The notes under the pieces were generated by a model, which saw only the letters and a list, made by a program, of their open reading frames with translations, was not told where the DNA came from and did not search any database. Both the position numbers and the translations under genes were made by a program. Shown piece by piece: positions 51,575 to 64,000 of a stretch of DNA of 64,000 nucleotides. The stretch lies in contig CM075990.1 of NCBI GenBank assembly GCA_038087875.1, forward strand, positions 12,960,001 to 13,024,000. The letters are read 5' to 3'. Position 1 is the first letter of the stretch; each line of letters opens with the position of its first letter. This DNA comes from Malacoraja senta (lineage: Eukaryota).

Positions 51575-51940
51575 CTCTCTGTCTCTCTGTCTGTCTCTCT
51601 CTCTCTCTGTCTGTCTCTCTCTGTCTGGTTCTCTCTGTCTCCCTGTCTCTCTCTGTCTGTCTTTCTCTCACTGTCTCTGTCTGTCTCTCTCTCTATCCCT
51701 CTCTGTCCCTGTCTCTCTCTGTCTGTCTCACTATCCCTCTCTCTGTCTCTCTCTCTCTGTCTATCTCTGTCTGTCTGTCTGTCTGCCCCTCTCTCTCTCT
51801 GTCTATTTCTCTCTCTCTGTCTCTCGCTCTCTCTGTCTCTCTCTGTCTCTCCCTCTCTCTGTCTATCTCTGTCTGTCTGTCTGTCTGCCTCTCTCTCTCT
51901 CTCTGTCTGTTTCTCTCGCTCTCTCTCTCTGTCTCTCTCT
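51575..51940. repeat. (CT)n/(CTGT)n pyrimidine-rich microsatellite
   Basis: Directly visible. Confidence 0.95.
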
Positions 51941-52316
51941 GCAGGGATCAGTTATTCATCCCCAGAACCCACGCATTTCGGGGGAAATAAATATCACCAT
52001 ACAAAATATGCAGAACATTTTACTGCCGCAGGAGGTGGGACATACGTTTTCACAACTAACTGCTAATCTGACAGAATTGATCACCAAATCGATTATAATC
52101 GATCAGCAATGTACCCCCGTCGGAAGCCCAGGGTAAACTGTGGTGCAGTGTCTTCACTGAGACGACAGGTGTAGAAAAGCAAATACAAATATCATTTTAG
52201 TTGCCCCCCCCCCCCCCTACACTATGCCCAGCCCACACATCGCCAGTCATTTGGTATTTTTCCTCCCCTCTGCAGTATTTTAAAATTGCAACAATTCGGC
52301 TTCTGCGAAAACTCAC

Positions 52317-52463
52317 GTCTCGGAATCGGTTCCAGTTTCTGATCTGCTGGCTGTACGGGGAGACACTTGCCAGCCATTCCTCATCCTCCAAGAAATTCCC
52401 CTTCTTGCCCCCTTTCTCCGGACTCTCCTTGTCCTCCACCTCCACCTCCGCCTCCGCCTCCGC

Positions 52464-52498
<35 letters not shown>

Positions 52499-52529
52499 GG
52501 GTCAGCAGCAAGTTTACTGCCCGCAACAT
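52317..52529 (-). CDS. SPOCK2: Testican-2 (SPOCK2-like) first coding exon: signal peptide and N-terminal testican region, 71 codons
   Basis: Translates MLRAVNLLLTPLLLLLLLLLLAAEAEAEVEVEDKESPEKGGKKGNFLEDEEWLASVSPYSQQIRNWNRFRD, which resembles the SPOCK2 motif GNFMEDEQWLSSISQYSGKIKHWNRFRD as I recall it. ATG has A at -3. Phase-0 donor GTGAGT at 52316-52311. Confidence 0.93.
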
Positions 52530-52690
52530 GCTCCCAGCCAGGCCGCACTGATGCGACTTATCCCGCAGGTTGGCTGCTGTGAAATGCGAAGACTGATTAT
52601 GTTTCCAATCACACTCCCCACCCCCTCTCCTTCATCTGAGGCGCTGCGAGTCTGCGCCACAAGCCCATCCGCACATCGCCAGCTCACTTG

Positions 52691-53168
52691 ACACACACTC
52701 ACTCACACACACACTCACACACACACACAGACACACACACTCAGACACACACACACTCAGACACACACACACTCAGACACACACACACACTCAGACACAC
52801 ACACACACACTCACACTCACACACACTCAGACACACACACACACTCACACACACTCAGACACACACACTCAGACACACACACAGACACACACACTCACAC
52901 ACACACACACTCAGACACACACACACTCAGACACACACACACTCAGACACACACACACACACAGACACACACACACTCACACACACAGACACACGCAGTC
53001 AGACACACACACACTCAGAGACACACACACTCAGAGACACACACACTCACACAGACACTCAGACACACACACTCAGACACACACACTCAGACACACACAC
53101 ACACTCAGACACACACACACAGACACACACACTCACACACACACACTCAGACACACACACACACACAA
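52691..53168. repeat. (CA)n microsatellite punctuated by ACTCAG
   Basis: Directly visible, just upstream of the SPOCK2 ATG exon. Confidence 0.95.
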
Positions 53169-53235
53169 ACCCAGAAAGCTCTAATATATACACATGCATC
53201 CCCACGTATTTATCACCAATACATAGAAACACAGT

Positions 53236-53547
53236 TGTTTAAGAAGGAACTGCAGATGCTGGAAAATCGAAGGTAGACAAAAATGCTGGAGAAACTCAGC
53301 GGGTGAGGCAGCATCTATGGAGCGAAGGAAATAGGCAACGTTTCGGGACGAAACCCTTAAGGGTTTCGGCCCGAAACGTTGCCTATTTCCTTAAGGGTTT
53401 CGGCCCGAAACGTTGCCTATTTCCTTAAGGGTTTCGGCCCGAAACGTTGCCTATTTCCTTAAGGGTTTCGGCCCGAAACGTTGCCTATTTCCTTCGCTCC
53501 ATAGATGCTGCTGCACCCGCTGAGTTTCTCCAGCATTTTGTGTGTAC
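53236..53547. mobile_element. Penelope-derived fold-back element with an internal 4 x 34-bp tandem array and 14-bp TSD
   Basis: catagaaacacagt at 53222-53235 and 53548-53561. The unit aagggtttcggcccgaaacgttgcctatttcctt starts at 53359, 53393, 53427 and 53461. Confidence 0.88.
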
Positions 53548-54303
53548 CATAGAAACACAGTCATTGGTCATATACCTATACACACACACACACACACATT
53601 GTCAATGTGCATATTATGAAACTACACATATACCTTGCATATACACGCATTTACATACATATTAACAATGATCAATTCTACATTATCCTTGATCTCCATC
53701 CCCTTTGATGTCTCGTTTTCACACCCTTCCATATCTCTGTGTCTTCCTCTCCCCTGACTCTCAGTCTGAAGAAGGGTCTCGCCCCACAACGTCACCCATT
53801 CCTTCTATCCAGGGACGCTGCCTGCCCCGCTGAGTTACTCCAGCATTTTGTGTCTGTCTCCAGTGTAAACCAGCATCTGCAGTTTTCCTACATACACTAT
53901 TCAGTCACATATATTTATACATACAGATTATGAAAGCAGTTACACGCACATACACACAATCACAAATGCTTAGACACACATACATGTACACACACACATA
54001 CACATGTATTTCGACATGTATGTGATAACACCCCATCTCTCCCTGTCAGACATCTTGGTTGGCATGGACAAGCTGGGGCGTGGGACCTGTTTCCATGCTG
54101 GATGGCTCTATGACTCTTATAACTCTAAATATATACACATGACATGTACATAGAGCCATAGATCTGTACAGAACAGAAACAGGCTCTTCAGCCCATCATG
54201 TTCGTACTGATGAAGTTAGTGGTTTGGTTCCATTTGCCTGCCTTTGGCCCATAGCCCTGTAAACCCTTTTGTTGAGACATAATCTTTGCGCACATACACA
54301 TGC

Positions 54304-54442
54304 AACACACACACACACACGCACGCAACACACACGCACGCAACACGCACGCACGCAACACGCACGCACCACACACGCACGCACCACACACGCGCACCAC
54401 ACACGCGCACCACACACGCGCCACACACGCGCCACACACGCG

Positions 54443-54514
<72 letters not shown>
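54304..54514. repeat. (CA)n/(CG)-interrupted microsatellite
   Basis: Directly visible. Confidence 0.95.
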
Positions 54515-54519
<5 letters not shown>

Positions 54520-54719
54520 TGTCACCCAGCATAAGCCAGGCCCTACACCATTATATTCCAGGACTGTGACTGAGTCCAGCATAGGTCAGAACAATGCAAC
54601 ATTTTCAGCATCATGAACAGCAGGATGACTCAACACCCACCAAAGTTACCACAGCATGAATCAGTTGCCAAATAATGGTACCTCAGTGCGAGTCGAATTC
54701 TGTGCCATTGTACACCAGC

Positions 54720-54763
54720 ATGAGTCAGCACCTTATGCCATTACATGCCAGCATGAGTCAGCA
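54720..54763. promoter_or_regulatory. Two perfect ATGAGTCAGCA (ARE / NF-E2 / MARE, AP-1-containing) motifs
   Basis: Motifs at 54720-54730 and 54753-54763, about 2.2 kb upstream of the SPOCK2 ATG. Function is untested. Confidence 0.4.
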
Positions 54764-56852
54764 GAAAACACAAACAGAACGGACAAGTACAAATTTTAGG
54801 ACACACTCTCCAATATCCATGTAACACAAAAAAAAATCTAAATTATATCCTAAATATTGCAATGGTTCTTTTTATTTCGACTATCTTAGAGAGATACAGC
54901 ATAGAAACAGGCCCTTTGGCCCATTGAGTCCATACTGACCATCAACCACCCGATGCTGCCTGTCCTGCTGAGTTACTCCAGGTTTTTTGTGTCTATCTTC
55001 GTCCTTCACTAATCTATCTCAACTTTATTCTCTCCATTATTGTCATCGGTTCCCCACAGTTTTGCCACACACGAGTGGGCAATTTGCAGCAGTCAACTAA
55101 CCTGCAAACCTGCAGGCCTTTGGGTTGTGGGGGGGAAACCAGAGCACCCGGAGGAAACCCACATGGTCACAGGGAGAATGTGCAAACCACACACAGATAG
55201 CACCCAAGGTCAGGATTGAACCCAGGTCTCTGGCGCTGTGAAGCAGCAGTTCCACAAGCAGTGCCACGATGCCTCCACAGTGTATAATCATATGATGTTA
55301 TATGATATTACATATCATGTAATGTTGATTGTGAATCACTCCTCTGAATGGTGAGCAATTAATTCTTATAATATATCTTTGAAAGCTATTTACATCACGG
55401 TTAAGACCATAACAACAGCAGAATTAGGCCATGGAGTCTGCTCCACCATTCAATCATGGCTGATCTATCTTTCCCTCTTAATCCCATTCTTCTGCCTTCT
55501 CCTCGTAACCTTTGACGCCCTTACCAATCAAGAACCTATCTATCTCCACTGCTGTCTATGGCAATGGACATGCTCGCCACTCTTATTGAAACACTCCAGC
55601 TAAGTCAGGAATATGTAAATATGGAGAGAGAGGATCTAAATAATTGATATTGTGTCAATGTGTAGCTTGGCTGACTAGAGCCGCTGGAACAAGACTTTCC
55701 TCTTCTCACCAGCCTACAGAGGTGACGACGGGAGGAATGGGCTCAACCACTTGCAAAGTGCTCACTCTGTGGCATCTGGAGGCAAAATGGCGGGTGGTGA
55801 GACCAGGAGGTGATATTCCAACTAAAACGCTTGCAATTTTTAGAATCTCGTTATAATATGTTTAATATTACATGGATATGCTTGGAGATTTTGTCCAGCA
55901 AATGGTACTTCAGTGTTTTAGGTGCTGACTCGTGCTGGCATGGATGCTGATTCATGCTGGTATACAATGGCACAGATGAAGCCTTGATTTAAGGTAGCGT
56001 TACATTGATGTTGATTCATGCTGTGGTAACTTTCATGGGCATTGGGTTACACTGCTGCACAGCTGAAAGATTCTGATCTTAGAGTCACTAACTCAAAAAC
56101 TCTAAAATGTTTTAAAAACGGGACATTGATCAGAAATGAGTATCATTGGCTTTATGTTTTATATTTAAATATTATCCAGTCTGCTGTGGAGGACTGCACA
56201 TATTTAGACCATGTCCTGGACAATATATTATCCAGAAGCAGTTAGAGTTGTACATTATCAGGCTCGGCTCTTTCATGTCACTGGGTTATTGGATTAAGGA
56301 GGTCTGAAAATAAAATGTTTAATATCATTTAGTTTAGAGATATAGCACAGACACATGCCCTTCGGCCCACCGAGTCCGCGTCGACCAGCGATCCCCGCAC
56401 ATTAACACTATCCTACACACACTAGGGACAATTTACACATACACCAAGCCAATTAACCTACAAACCTGTAGGTCTTTGGAGTGAAAATGTGTAATTTTCT
56501 TCCATTGGAAAAGTAACTGCACTACAACCAGTACTCAATTAGCTGTGAAGCACTTTAGAAAGTATTAAGGTGTCAAAAGCCACTGAATTTACTCTAATCT
56601 GATGATAGCCACGCAGGAATGTGCTTATTATGTCATTGCAATTTGTGAATGTTTGCTGTGTACAAAATGGCAGCAATATTTCCCATGTGGCTATAATGTA
56701 TACAAAGCATTGTGTGACTTTATAGTCTAAGCTCTGAAAATGCACTCGAAACAATATTGAACCATAAGCAACAAGCCATATAAGCCAATAACCCTTATGT
56801 ACAGTATAATATATAAAATAATAACATATAGATATTTATTTATATATATACA

Positions 56853-56854
<2 letters not shown>

Positions 56855-56927
<73 letters not shown>
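56855..56927. repeat. (TC)n(TA)n microsatellite
   Basis: Directly visible. Confidence 0.95.
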
Positions 56928-56931
<4 letters not shown>

Positions 56932-58583
56932 CATAATACAAGACAAGGGGGCTTATTGTTAAATTTTGTTTGGAAATCATTTCTGGAGTTAATGCACACC
57001 AGAAATGTTTAAACAAGTTTTAGGATGCTATATAGATGCTACGTAAATATGAGATGTTGTATGAGCACCTCAAAAACAAGTTCTTCCACCACCTAGCCTT
57101 AACACGCTTCTAAACCACCAGCCGAGCATAGTAGATCTATGAATATCAGATTTGTTTTTTGAATTGCAGAAGGACTCCACATCAAACTATTCCTGGGAAT
57201 TTGCCACATTGTTTGGGGAACAAAGTACTCACATCTCGGCACAGCCCAAGGGCGGTGAATCTGGTGATTGCATTGTCAATCTTTGTTCTCAGGCTGAACA
57301 ATTTCCTTGTCTTGAATTCACATTGACTGTCCATTGTTACAGAGCTTGCAAGCCACAGCAACAATGAAGCCCAAGGTTATCCAAGCTTATTCCTTGTTGA
57401 ATCGTATTTGCCACTGTTCTCTGGGCGCTTTACAACGAACAGCTGATCACGTAAGCTCTACTGACTGGGGACTCTGTGCAATACTCGCAGTCGAAAAACC
57501 GGTGGCTGTCAAGTTGTGAGGGTGGACGTTGTCCTTCTGCAGGGCGCTGTGATTTAGAGATAGGTCGAGCTACAACATTTCCAAAAAAAGCCTTCTTTCT
57601 GCTTGTGATTTGTGACTGGAATAAAATAATATATTTGTGGGCTTGGAGCTAATAACGATTAGGACTTGACTGTGTACCTTCCACTGTCATAAATTGCTGA
57701 CTGGCTATTCAGGCTCAGTCACAAAGCATGGCCACTTTGAAAAAATGTAGGAGATGCCTGTGTTATATAGCTTAACACAAATGAATGCTTTCAGGGCAAG
57801 GCGAGCAGTAAAAGATCACAACTTAATCGCCTTCATGATTGCTTCTTGCATCTTGTATATTTCAGTGCATTCACCGAGGAGGCTCTGTAGTGATGGAGGT
57901 GCCACCGTTTCAATGAGACATTAAACTGAGGCCCCATCTTGTAAAAAATTCCATGGGCAAATAACTCTATAGTCAGTGGGAGTTAGAGGAGGAAATATGT
58001 GTAGATGGCTGCAAGAGTAATAGAGCTGCAATAGTAGGGGATTTTCATGTTCATAAGTGATGGGAGTAGAATTAGGCCATTCGGCCCATCAAGTCTACTC
58101 TGCCATTCCATCATGGCTGATCTATTTCTCCCTCCTAACCCTACTCTCCTATCTTCTCCCCATAACCCCTGACCCTTGTACTAATCAAGAATCTATCTCT
58201 GATTGCCTTAAAAGTATCCATTGACTTGGCCTCCAGTCTTCTGTGACAATGAATTCCAGAGATTCACCACCCTCTGACTAAAGAAATTCCTCCTCATCTC
58301 CTTCCTAAAGGAACATCCTTTAAATCTGAGGCTATGACCTCTGGCCCTAGACTCTCCCAATAACTTTCCAAATATTGACTGAGTTGCCATTTTCTAATTT
58401 TACTCTGGATTTCACTTTTCTCTGCAGCTTACCATCTTGCATCCATGTTACAGTTGCCAGCTCTCAGGGGGTAGATAGTGCAACCTTATTCAGTCTTCCC
58501 TCGAGTCTGAATCCTCTGAGACTGAGAATCAGTCTTGTAAGTTTTGGCAGGGCTGTTGCCTCACCACGCCAGAGGCCCAGTTT

Positions 58584-59760
58584 CATAGAAACATAGAAAC
58601 ATAGAAAATAGGTGCAGGAGGCCATTCGGCCCTTCGAGCCAGCACCGCCATTCATTGTGATCATGGCTGATCATCCCCTATCAATAACCCGTGTCTGCCT
58701 TCTCCCCATATCCCTTGACTCCACTAGCCCCTAGAGCTCTATCTAACTCTCTCTTAAATCCATCCAGTGATTTGGCCTCCACTGCCCTCTGTGGCAGGGA
58801 ATTCCATAAATTCACAACTCTCTGGGTGAAAAAGTTTTTTCTCACCTCAGTCTTAAATGACCTCCCCTTTATTCTAAGACTGTGGCCCCTGGTTCTGGAC
58901 TCGCCCAACATTGGGAACATTTTTCCTGCATCTAGCTTGTCCAGTCCTTTTATAATTTTATATGTTTCTATAAGATAGCCCCTCATCCTTCTAAACTCCA
59001 GTGAATACAAGCCTAGTCTTTTCAATCTTTCCTCATATGACAGTCCCGCCATCCCAGGGATCAATCTCGTGAACCTACGCTGCACTGCCTCAATCACAAG
59101 GATGTCCTTCCTCAAATTAGCAGACCAAAACTGTACACAATACTCCAGATGTGGTCTCACCAGAGCCCTATACAACTGCAGAAGAACCTCTTTACTCCTA
59201 TACTGAAATCCTCTTGTTATGAAGGCCAACATTCCATTAGCTTTCTTCACTGCCTGCTGTATCTGCACGCCAACTTTCAGTGACCGGTGTACAAGGACAC
59301 CCAGGTCTCGCTGCACCTCCCCCTTACCTACCCTAACCCCATTGAGATAATAATCTGCCCCCTTGTTTTTGCCGCCAAAGTGGATAACCTCACATTTATC
59401 TATATTATACTGCATCTGCCACGCATCTGCCCACTCACTCAACCTGTCCAGGTCACCCTGCAACCTCCTAACATCCTCTTCACAGTTCACACTGCCACCC
59501 AGCTTTGTGTCATCCGCAAACTTGCTAGTGTTGCTCCTAATTCCCTCTTCCAAATCATTAATATATATGGTAAACAGTTGCGGCCCCAACACCGAGCCTT
59601 GCGGCACTCCACTCGCCACTGCCTGCCATTCTGAAAAGGACCCGTTCACTCCTACTCTTTGCTTCCGGTCTGCCAACCAATTTTCTATCCATGTCAACAC
59701 CCTACCAATACCATGTGCTCTAATTTTAGTCACCAGTCTCCCGTGCGGGACCTTATCAAT
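58584..59760 (-). mobile_element. Young 5'-truncated CR1 LINE with an uninterrupted RT/C-terminal frame (~360 aa)
   Basis: DKVPHGRL...GVPQGSVLGP...SKFADDTKL...RVVNLWNSLP with no stop, and a (catagaaa)n tail at 58584-58608. Confidence 0.95.
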
Positions 59761-60782
59761 TTCGTTTCTGATCTTGGCTGCTGACTGTGCGGAGTTGGCA
59801 CGCTCTCCCCGTGACACCTCCCGAAGACATGCAGCTTTGTAGGTTAATTGGCCCTCTGTAAAATTGCCTTTGGTGTTCAGGGAGTGAATGGGAAGGTGGG
59901 ATAGCATAGAGCAAGTGTGAAACGGGTGATCAATGGTCAGTGTGACTGTTTCTATACTGTCTCTCTACACGAATCTGTACATTGCCCCCATGGCTTACAT
60001 GATGCTCCAGTATATTAGTGCTACACAATGGATACAACACTCATGGCGTAGCCTGATCAGAGTACTGTATAATTTAATATATTATCCTACAGGAAGGCAG
60101 AGCTGATCTTTTACCTGCCTAATGACAGCAGCAGCAATTGTTAGACCACATAACTTTGTCCTTGCAAAACCAATTTCCTGCCTTTACTTAGAGCTTAAAA
60201 GGAGCTCGAAAAGCTTGTAAAGGAAGCTTGAAAATGGTGTTGTCTTGATTTAAGATTTAAAAGCATGGCAAAAATCCCAAGACTGAGCAGAGTTTCCGAT
60301 TGTTATACAAATTATGATCATGTTGTTGAACACATAGCCTTTTTGCCAAGAAATGCAATGTGCTCTTGGCACTGAACGACTTTGGATCGGAATTTCTATA
60401 AACTTCAACTGAAATTGATCAATTAGTGAATCTTCGCACGGCAAATCTCTTAACATTCATTTAAAAATCCACGCTATACAAAAACAACAGATAACACCCA
60501 ACAAAAACATATACTTTGCATTAAGAGATTAGTGTTCTTGTTGTGCAGTTGCTTCTGGGAGGATGTTGGCAATGGAAATGAATGTATTTAGAGCTTTTGA
60601 CAAGGAAGATGGTGCAGGAATAGGTGGAGGAAAAATGGCTGGGAAGAGAATCGTAGGAATCTTTTTTTTTAATGTGGCCATTGGAGCCATCATGTCTATG
60701 ACAGCTGAATAGTGCAATTGAGGCTAATCCCAATTTCAGATACACAGCTCTAGGCTTGCAGAAATGACAGGTACAAAACGTT

Positions 60783-60974
60783 AGACAGACACAAAATGCT
60801 GGAGTAACTCAGCGGGGCAGGCAGCATCTCTGGATAGAAGGAATGGGTGACGTTTCTGGTCGAGACCCTTCTTCAGACTTCTTCTATCCAGAGATGTTGC
60901 CTGCCCCACTGAGTTACTCCAGCAGTTTTGTGTCTGTCTTCGGTTTAAACCAGCATCTGCAGTTCTTTCATACC
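60783..60974. mobile_element. Penelope-derived fold-back element with 16-bp TSD
   Basis: acaggtacaaaacgtt at 60767-60782 and 60975-60990, enclosing inverted arms. Confidence 0.82.
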
Positions 60975-61315
60975 ACAGGTACAAAACGTTGCTTGGACTG
61001 CACTTGGAATGTTGTGTACAGTTCTGGTCCCCAAGATAAAGGATGTGGAAGCAATAATGCAGAAGAGACTCACCTTGTAATGGAGCGCTGTGGTTATTAG
61101 GAGAAATTGGATTAGCTGGTTTTATTCTTACAGGAACATAAGAGGCTGCAGTGTGGCCTTATAGAGATTTATAACACCATGAGGAGCATAGATCGTATGG
61201 ATAGCCAGATTTTTCTCTCCAGAGCAGGGGAGTTTTGAAGTAGAGGGTGCGGGTTTAATGTGAGAAGAGAGAAAATTGAAGAGGATCTAAGGAGCAAGTT
61301 TCTCACACAGAGTCA

Positions 61316-61562
61316 AGGGCCTGTCCCACTTTCATGAGTTATTCACGAATTCTCCCGCGTTTTCCCCTTGATTCAAATTCGCAGAATGTTGGTAACTGGT
61401 CCGTAGGAGTCCGTGGATATATCGTAGCGGCTCGTTACGCCAGCCGTAGGTACACGTGGCATCAGGTAAGTCGGGACGTTTTTCCCAGCCCGATAAAAAA
61501 TGTCCACGAGTAAAAAAATGGTCGGGATGAAAGAATTAAGTCGTGAAAGTGGGACAGGCCCT
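61316..61562. mobile_element. PIF/Harbinger-like MITE inserted in an old CR1
   Basis: agggcctgtcccactttca ... tgaaagtgggacaggccct, with tca/taa flanks. Confidence 0.82.
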
Positions 61563-63732
61563 TAAGGTGGTAACCTGCATTAAGCTGCCAAAAGTGGTAG
61601 TGGAAGCAGACACTTTGAGATGAAATGTGCAGAGAGATATGAGCCTAATTTGTGGAAGATGGGATTAGAATAGATTGGCATCACAGTCTTCTTCATCTTT
61701 CGTGCCATCTTCCATTGATTCAAATGTTCACATCGCTGTCATCGTCCGTCTTGAAAAGGACGCAAGCTTCCGGCGACAATCAGTGGGAGCCATCACTTGT
61801 CGCAATAGATGATGGTGGTGGCAGAATTAGCTCGGGATACTTCCAGTTTCCAGCCCCGCGACGTGGACACTTCTGCTGTGGGGCAGGCATCAGTCAGCAT
61901 GGATGAAGTGGGCTGAATGAGTGGGGAGGAACTGCAGATGCTGGTATAAACCGAAGACGGACACAAGAAGCTGGAGTAACTCAATGGGTCAAGCAACATC
62001 GCTGGAGAAAGGGAATAGGTGATGTTTCGGGTCGAGACCCTTTCATCGGGCTGAATGGGCCTGTACCTGTGCTGTACATTTCTAAGATTCGATAAAATGT
62101 TCTTTGTAAATGTGATGAAGTTCCAGCTTTTCAGATTTATAAATAAAAATTCCTCAAATCCTTCCAATACTTCTTCTCATAGCCTTAATTATTTTCTGTC
62201 TGTTTATTGAGCTCTTTCCTCCATCTGAGCATCCCAGATCCTGAAATCCGCAGCTCCCACACTAGACAGGGTTGTACTGTCAGAGAGTAATCTTTAATTG
62301 AGGTCTCTCCTGTAGAGCCCTGGAAACAAATATATAATCCAATTTTCGTTCGACAGAAGCACTTTGTCAATGTCAGTGATATTAGACAGACTGATCCATG
62401 CAGAGCAGATCAACTACCTTGTGCCTATTGCCATGGGGTTGGTCCTTTTACAGAACAAAAGTTGCTATTAACTTTACTTGTAAAAGCCAAATGACAACAG
62501 ATGGCTCAGTGCCAAGGTTTGTCTAATTAACACTCCTATGAAGCACCTTGGGACATTTTAACATGTGCAAGTACAATCGTGAGGTTTCAGAAAGTTCTGT
62601 GCTTGCCTACAGTGTACAAGGATATGGAGAAACGGCAGGTAAATGGCACTGTGAAAAATATACATCTTTTAGATGCGCTGGGACGCATCCTCAGTGATGT
62701 GATCTGGGTCATCGGGTGTTTGGGGTCTCACAACATCAGACACCCTCGCCCAGGCGACCCAGCTGGGGTTGATCAGGCCCCGACTTGCGTCCCAGCAGCA
62801 TCCGCCCACGGATCAGCCATCTTAACAATTACTCTGCAGGGGTTGGAAGGGACTGGAGGGACTGGGCTCTGTGGGGTGAGTCCTGGCCGGGCTCCTCCTG
62901 CGTCTCACCAGGTTCAAGGCCTGTATGTGCGTTGCACCTCTTTCTCCTTCTCCGAGCATTTCATTCTCGCCTGATGGATTTTTAGGCCACGGTGGTTCAT
63001 TAGTCCTTTCCGTAGCTTTATTGGGTGTCTTTCTCACGAAAGACACAGACTGGGGTGCTAACCCAGCCTGTCCCGGGTGCCGTCTTTCCGTGCCGTCAAC
63101 TGTCTCTCCAGTAGTCACCAAACTATTCTTGGTTGTCACCCAGTCTATTCCTAGGTGCCACTGGCTGAGCCAGACTTCAGTGTGAAGTAAGACAGACACA
63201 AAACGCTGGAGTAACTCAGTGGGACAGGCAGCATCTCTGGAGAGAAGGAATGGATGTCAAGACCCGTCTTCAAGCTGAGTCAAGAGAGAGAGAGAGAGGA
63301 AGGCCTTGGAGATCAAGTTCATGGATATTTTTTAAAGCAGGGACAGATAGATTCTAGATTAGCACGGGTGTCAGAGTTTATGGGAAGAAGGCAGGAGATT
63401 AGGGTTAGGACGGAGAGATAGATCAGTCATGATTGAATGGTGGAGTAGACTTGATGGGCTGAATGGCCTAATTCGGCTCCTATTACTTATGACCTTATGA
63501 CTAGAGATATGATTAGATAAATCAATATTCGTACCGCTGGGTTGTAAGCTGCCCAAGCGAAATATGAGGTGCTGTTCCTCCAATTGGCTTTGGGCCTCAC
63601 TCTGACAGTAAGACAACCAGGATCTGTCTCTATAACAAAATCAGGGTTGTAGGGGTGGAAATGGATTCATAATTTTCCAAAGAATTTAATGCCTCACTTG
63701 AAGTGCGACCCTGTCATAGTGTGGAGCTCTCA

Positions 63733-64000
63733 GTCATAGCGTCATAGGCCCTTCAGCCCAACTTGCCCACACTGGCCAACATGTCCCAGCTACACTAGTC
63801 TCACCTGCCTGTGTTTGGTCCATATCCCTCCAAACTTGTCCTATCCATGTACCTGTCTAACTGTTTCTTAAATGTTGGAATAGTCCCAGCCTCAACTACC
63901 TCCTCTGGCAGCTTGTTCCATACACCCATCATCCTTTGTGTGAAAAAGTTACCCCTCAGATTCCTATTAAATCTTTTCCCTCCCACATCTGTCCTCTGGT
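63733..64000 (-). mobile_element. CR1-clade (HER1-like) LINE 3' end
   Basis: Encodes RGNFFTQRMMGVWNKLPEEVVEAGTI. The same family occurs at ~30263-30490 and 38653-38850. Confidence 0.85.

Noticed and set aside
53359..53494. 34-bp repeat array resembling CRISPR
   Set aside because: Units are contiguous with no spacers, there are no cas genes, the context is eukaryotic, and the sequence derives from a Penelope terminus.
58681..59907. 408-aa ORF as a host gene or active LINE
   Set aside because: It is a 5'-truncated CR1 lacking the endonuclease and the start of RT. The first ~49 aa come from an adjacent antisense SINE fragment.

Overview
Repeat-rich vertebrate genomic DNA. The repeat families (V-SINE/HE1-type tRNA SINEs, CR1, Penelope-like elements, Deu-type SINEs) point to a cartilaginous fish, probably a skate or ray; that assignment is inference. 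The only host gene I can support is the 5' part of a testican gene, SPOCK2-like, on the minus strand. Four coding exons splice in frame with canonical GT-AG sites: 52529-52317 (signal peptide to ...NWNRFRD), a 9-nt microexon 33311-33303 (EVE), 24250-24205 (DDYIRTWDQHQAFDE) and 2182-2068 (ALDPTKDPCQKVKC..., follistatin-like domain). The gene continues beyond the window start. Introns and the upstream region contain CR1, Rex1-like and L1-like LINE fragments, SINEs, Harbinger-like and P/hAT-like MITEs and large microsatellites. They also contain many Penelope-derived fold-back elements carrying minimal hammerhead-ribozyme-like cores. The most notable items are the microexon with its neural-type splicing signals, the hammerhead-bearing hairpin elements with target-site duplications (TSDs), an L1 fragment with a ~92-bp flanking duplication, and a triplicated module containing ARE/MARE motifs near the gene's 5' end. 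Most ORF-track entries are spurious or derived from transposable elements. Repeat boundaries are read by eye and are approximate unless a TSD is given.
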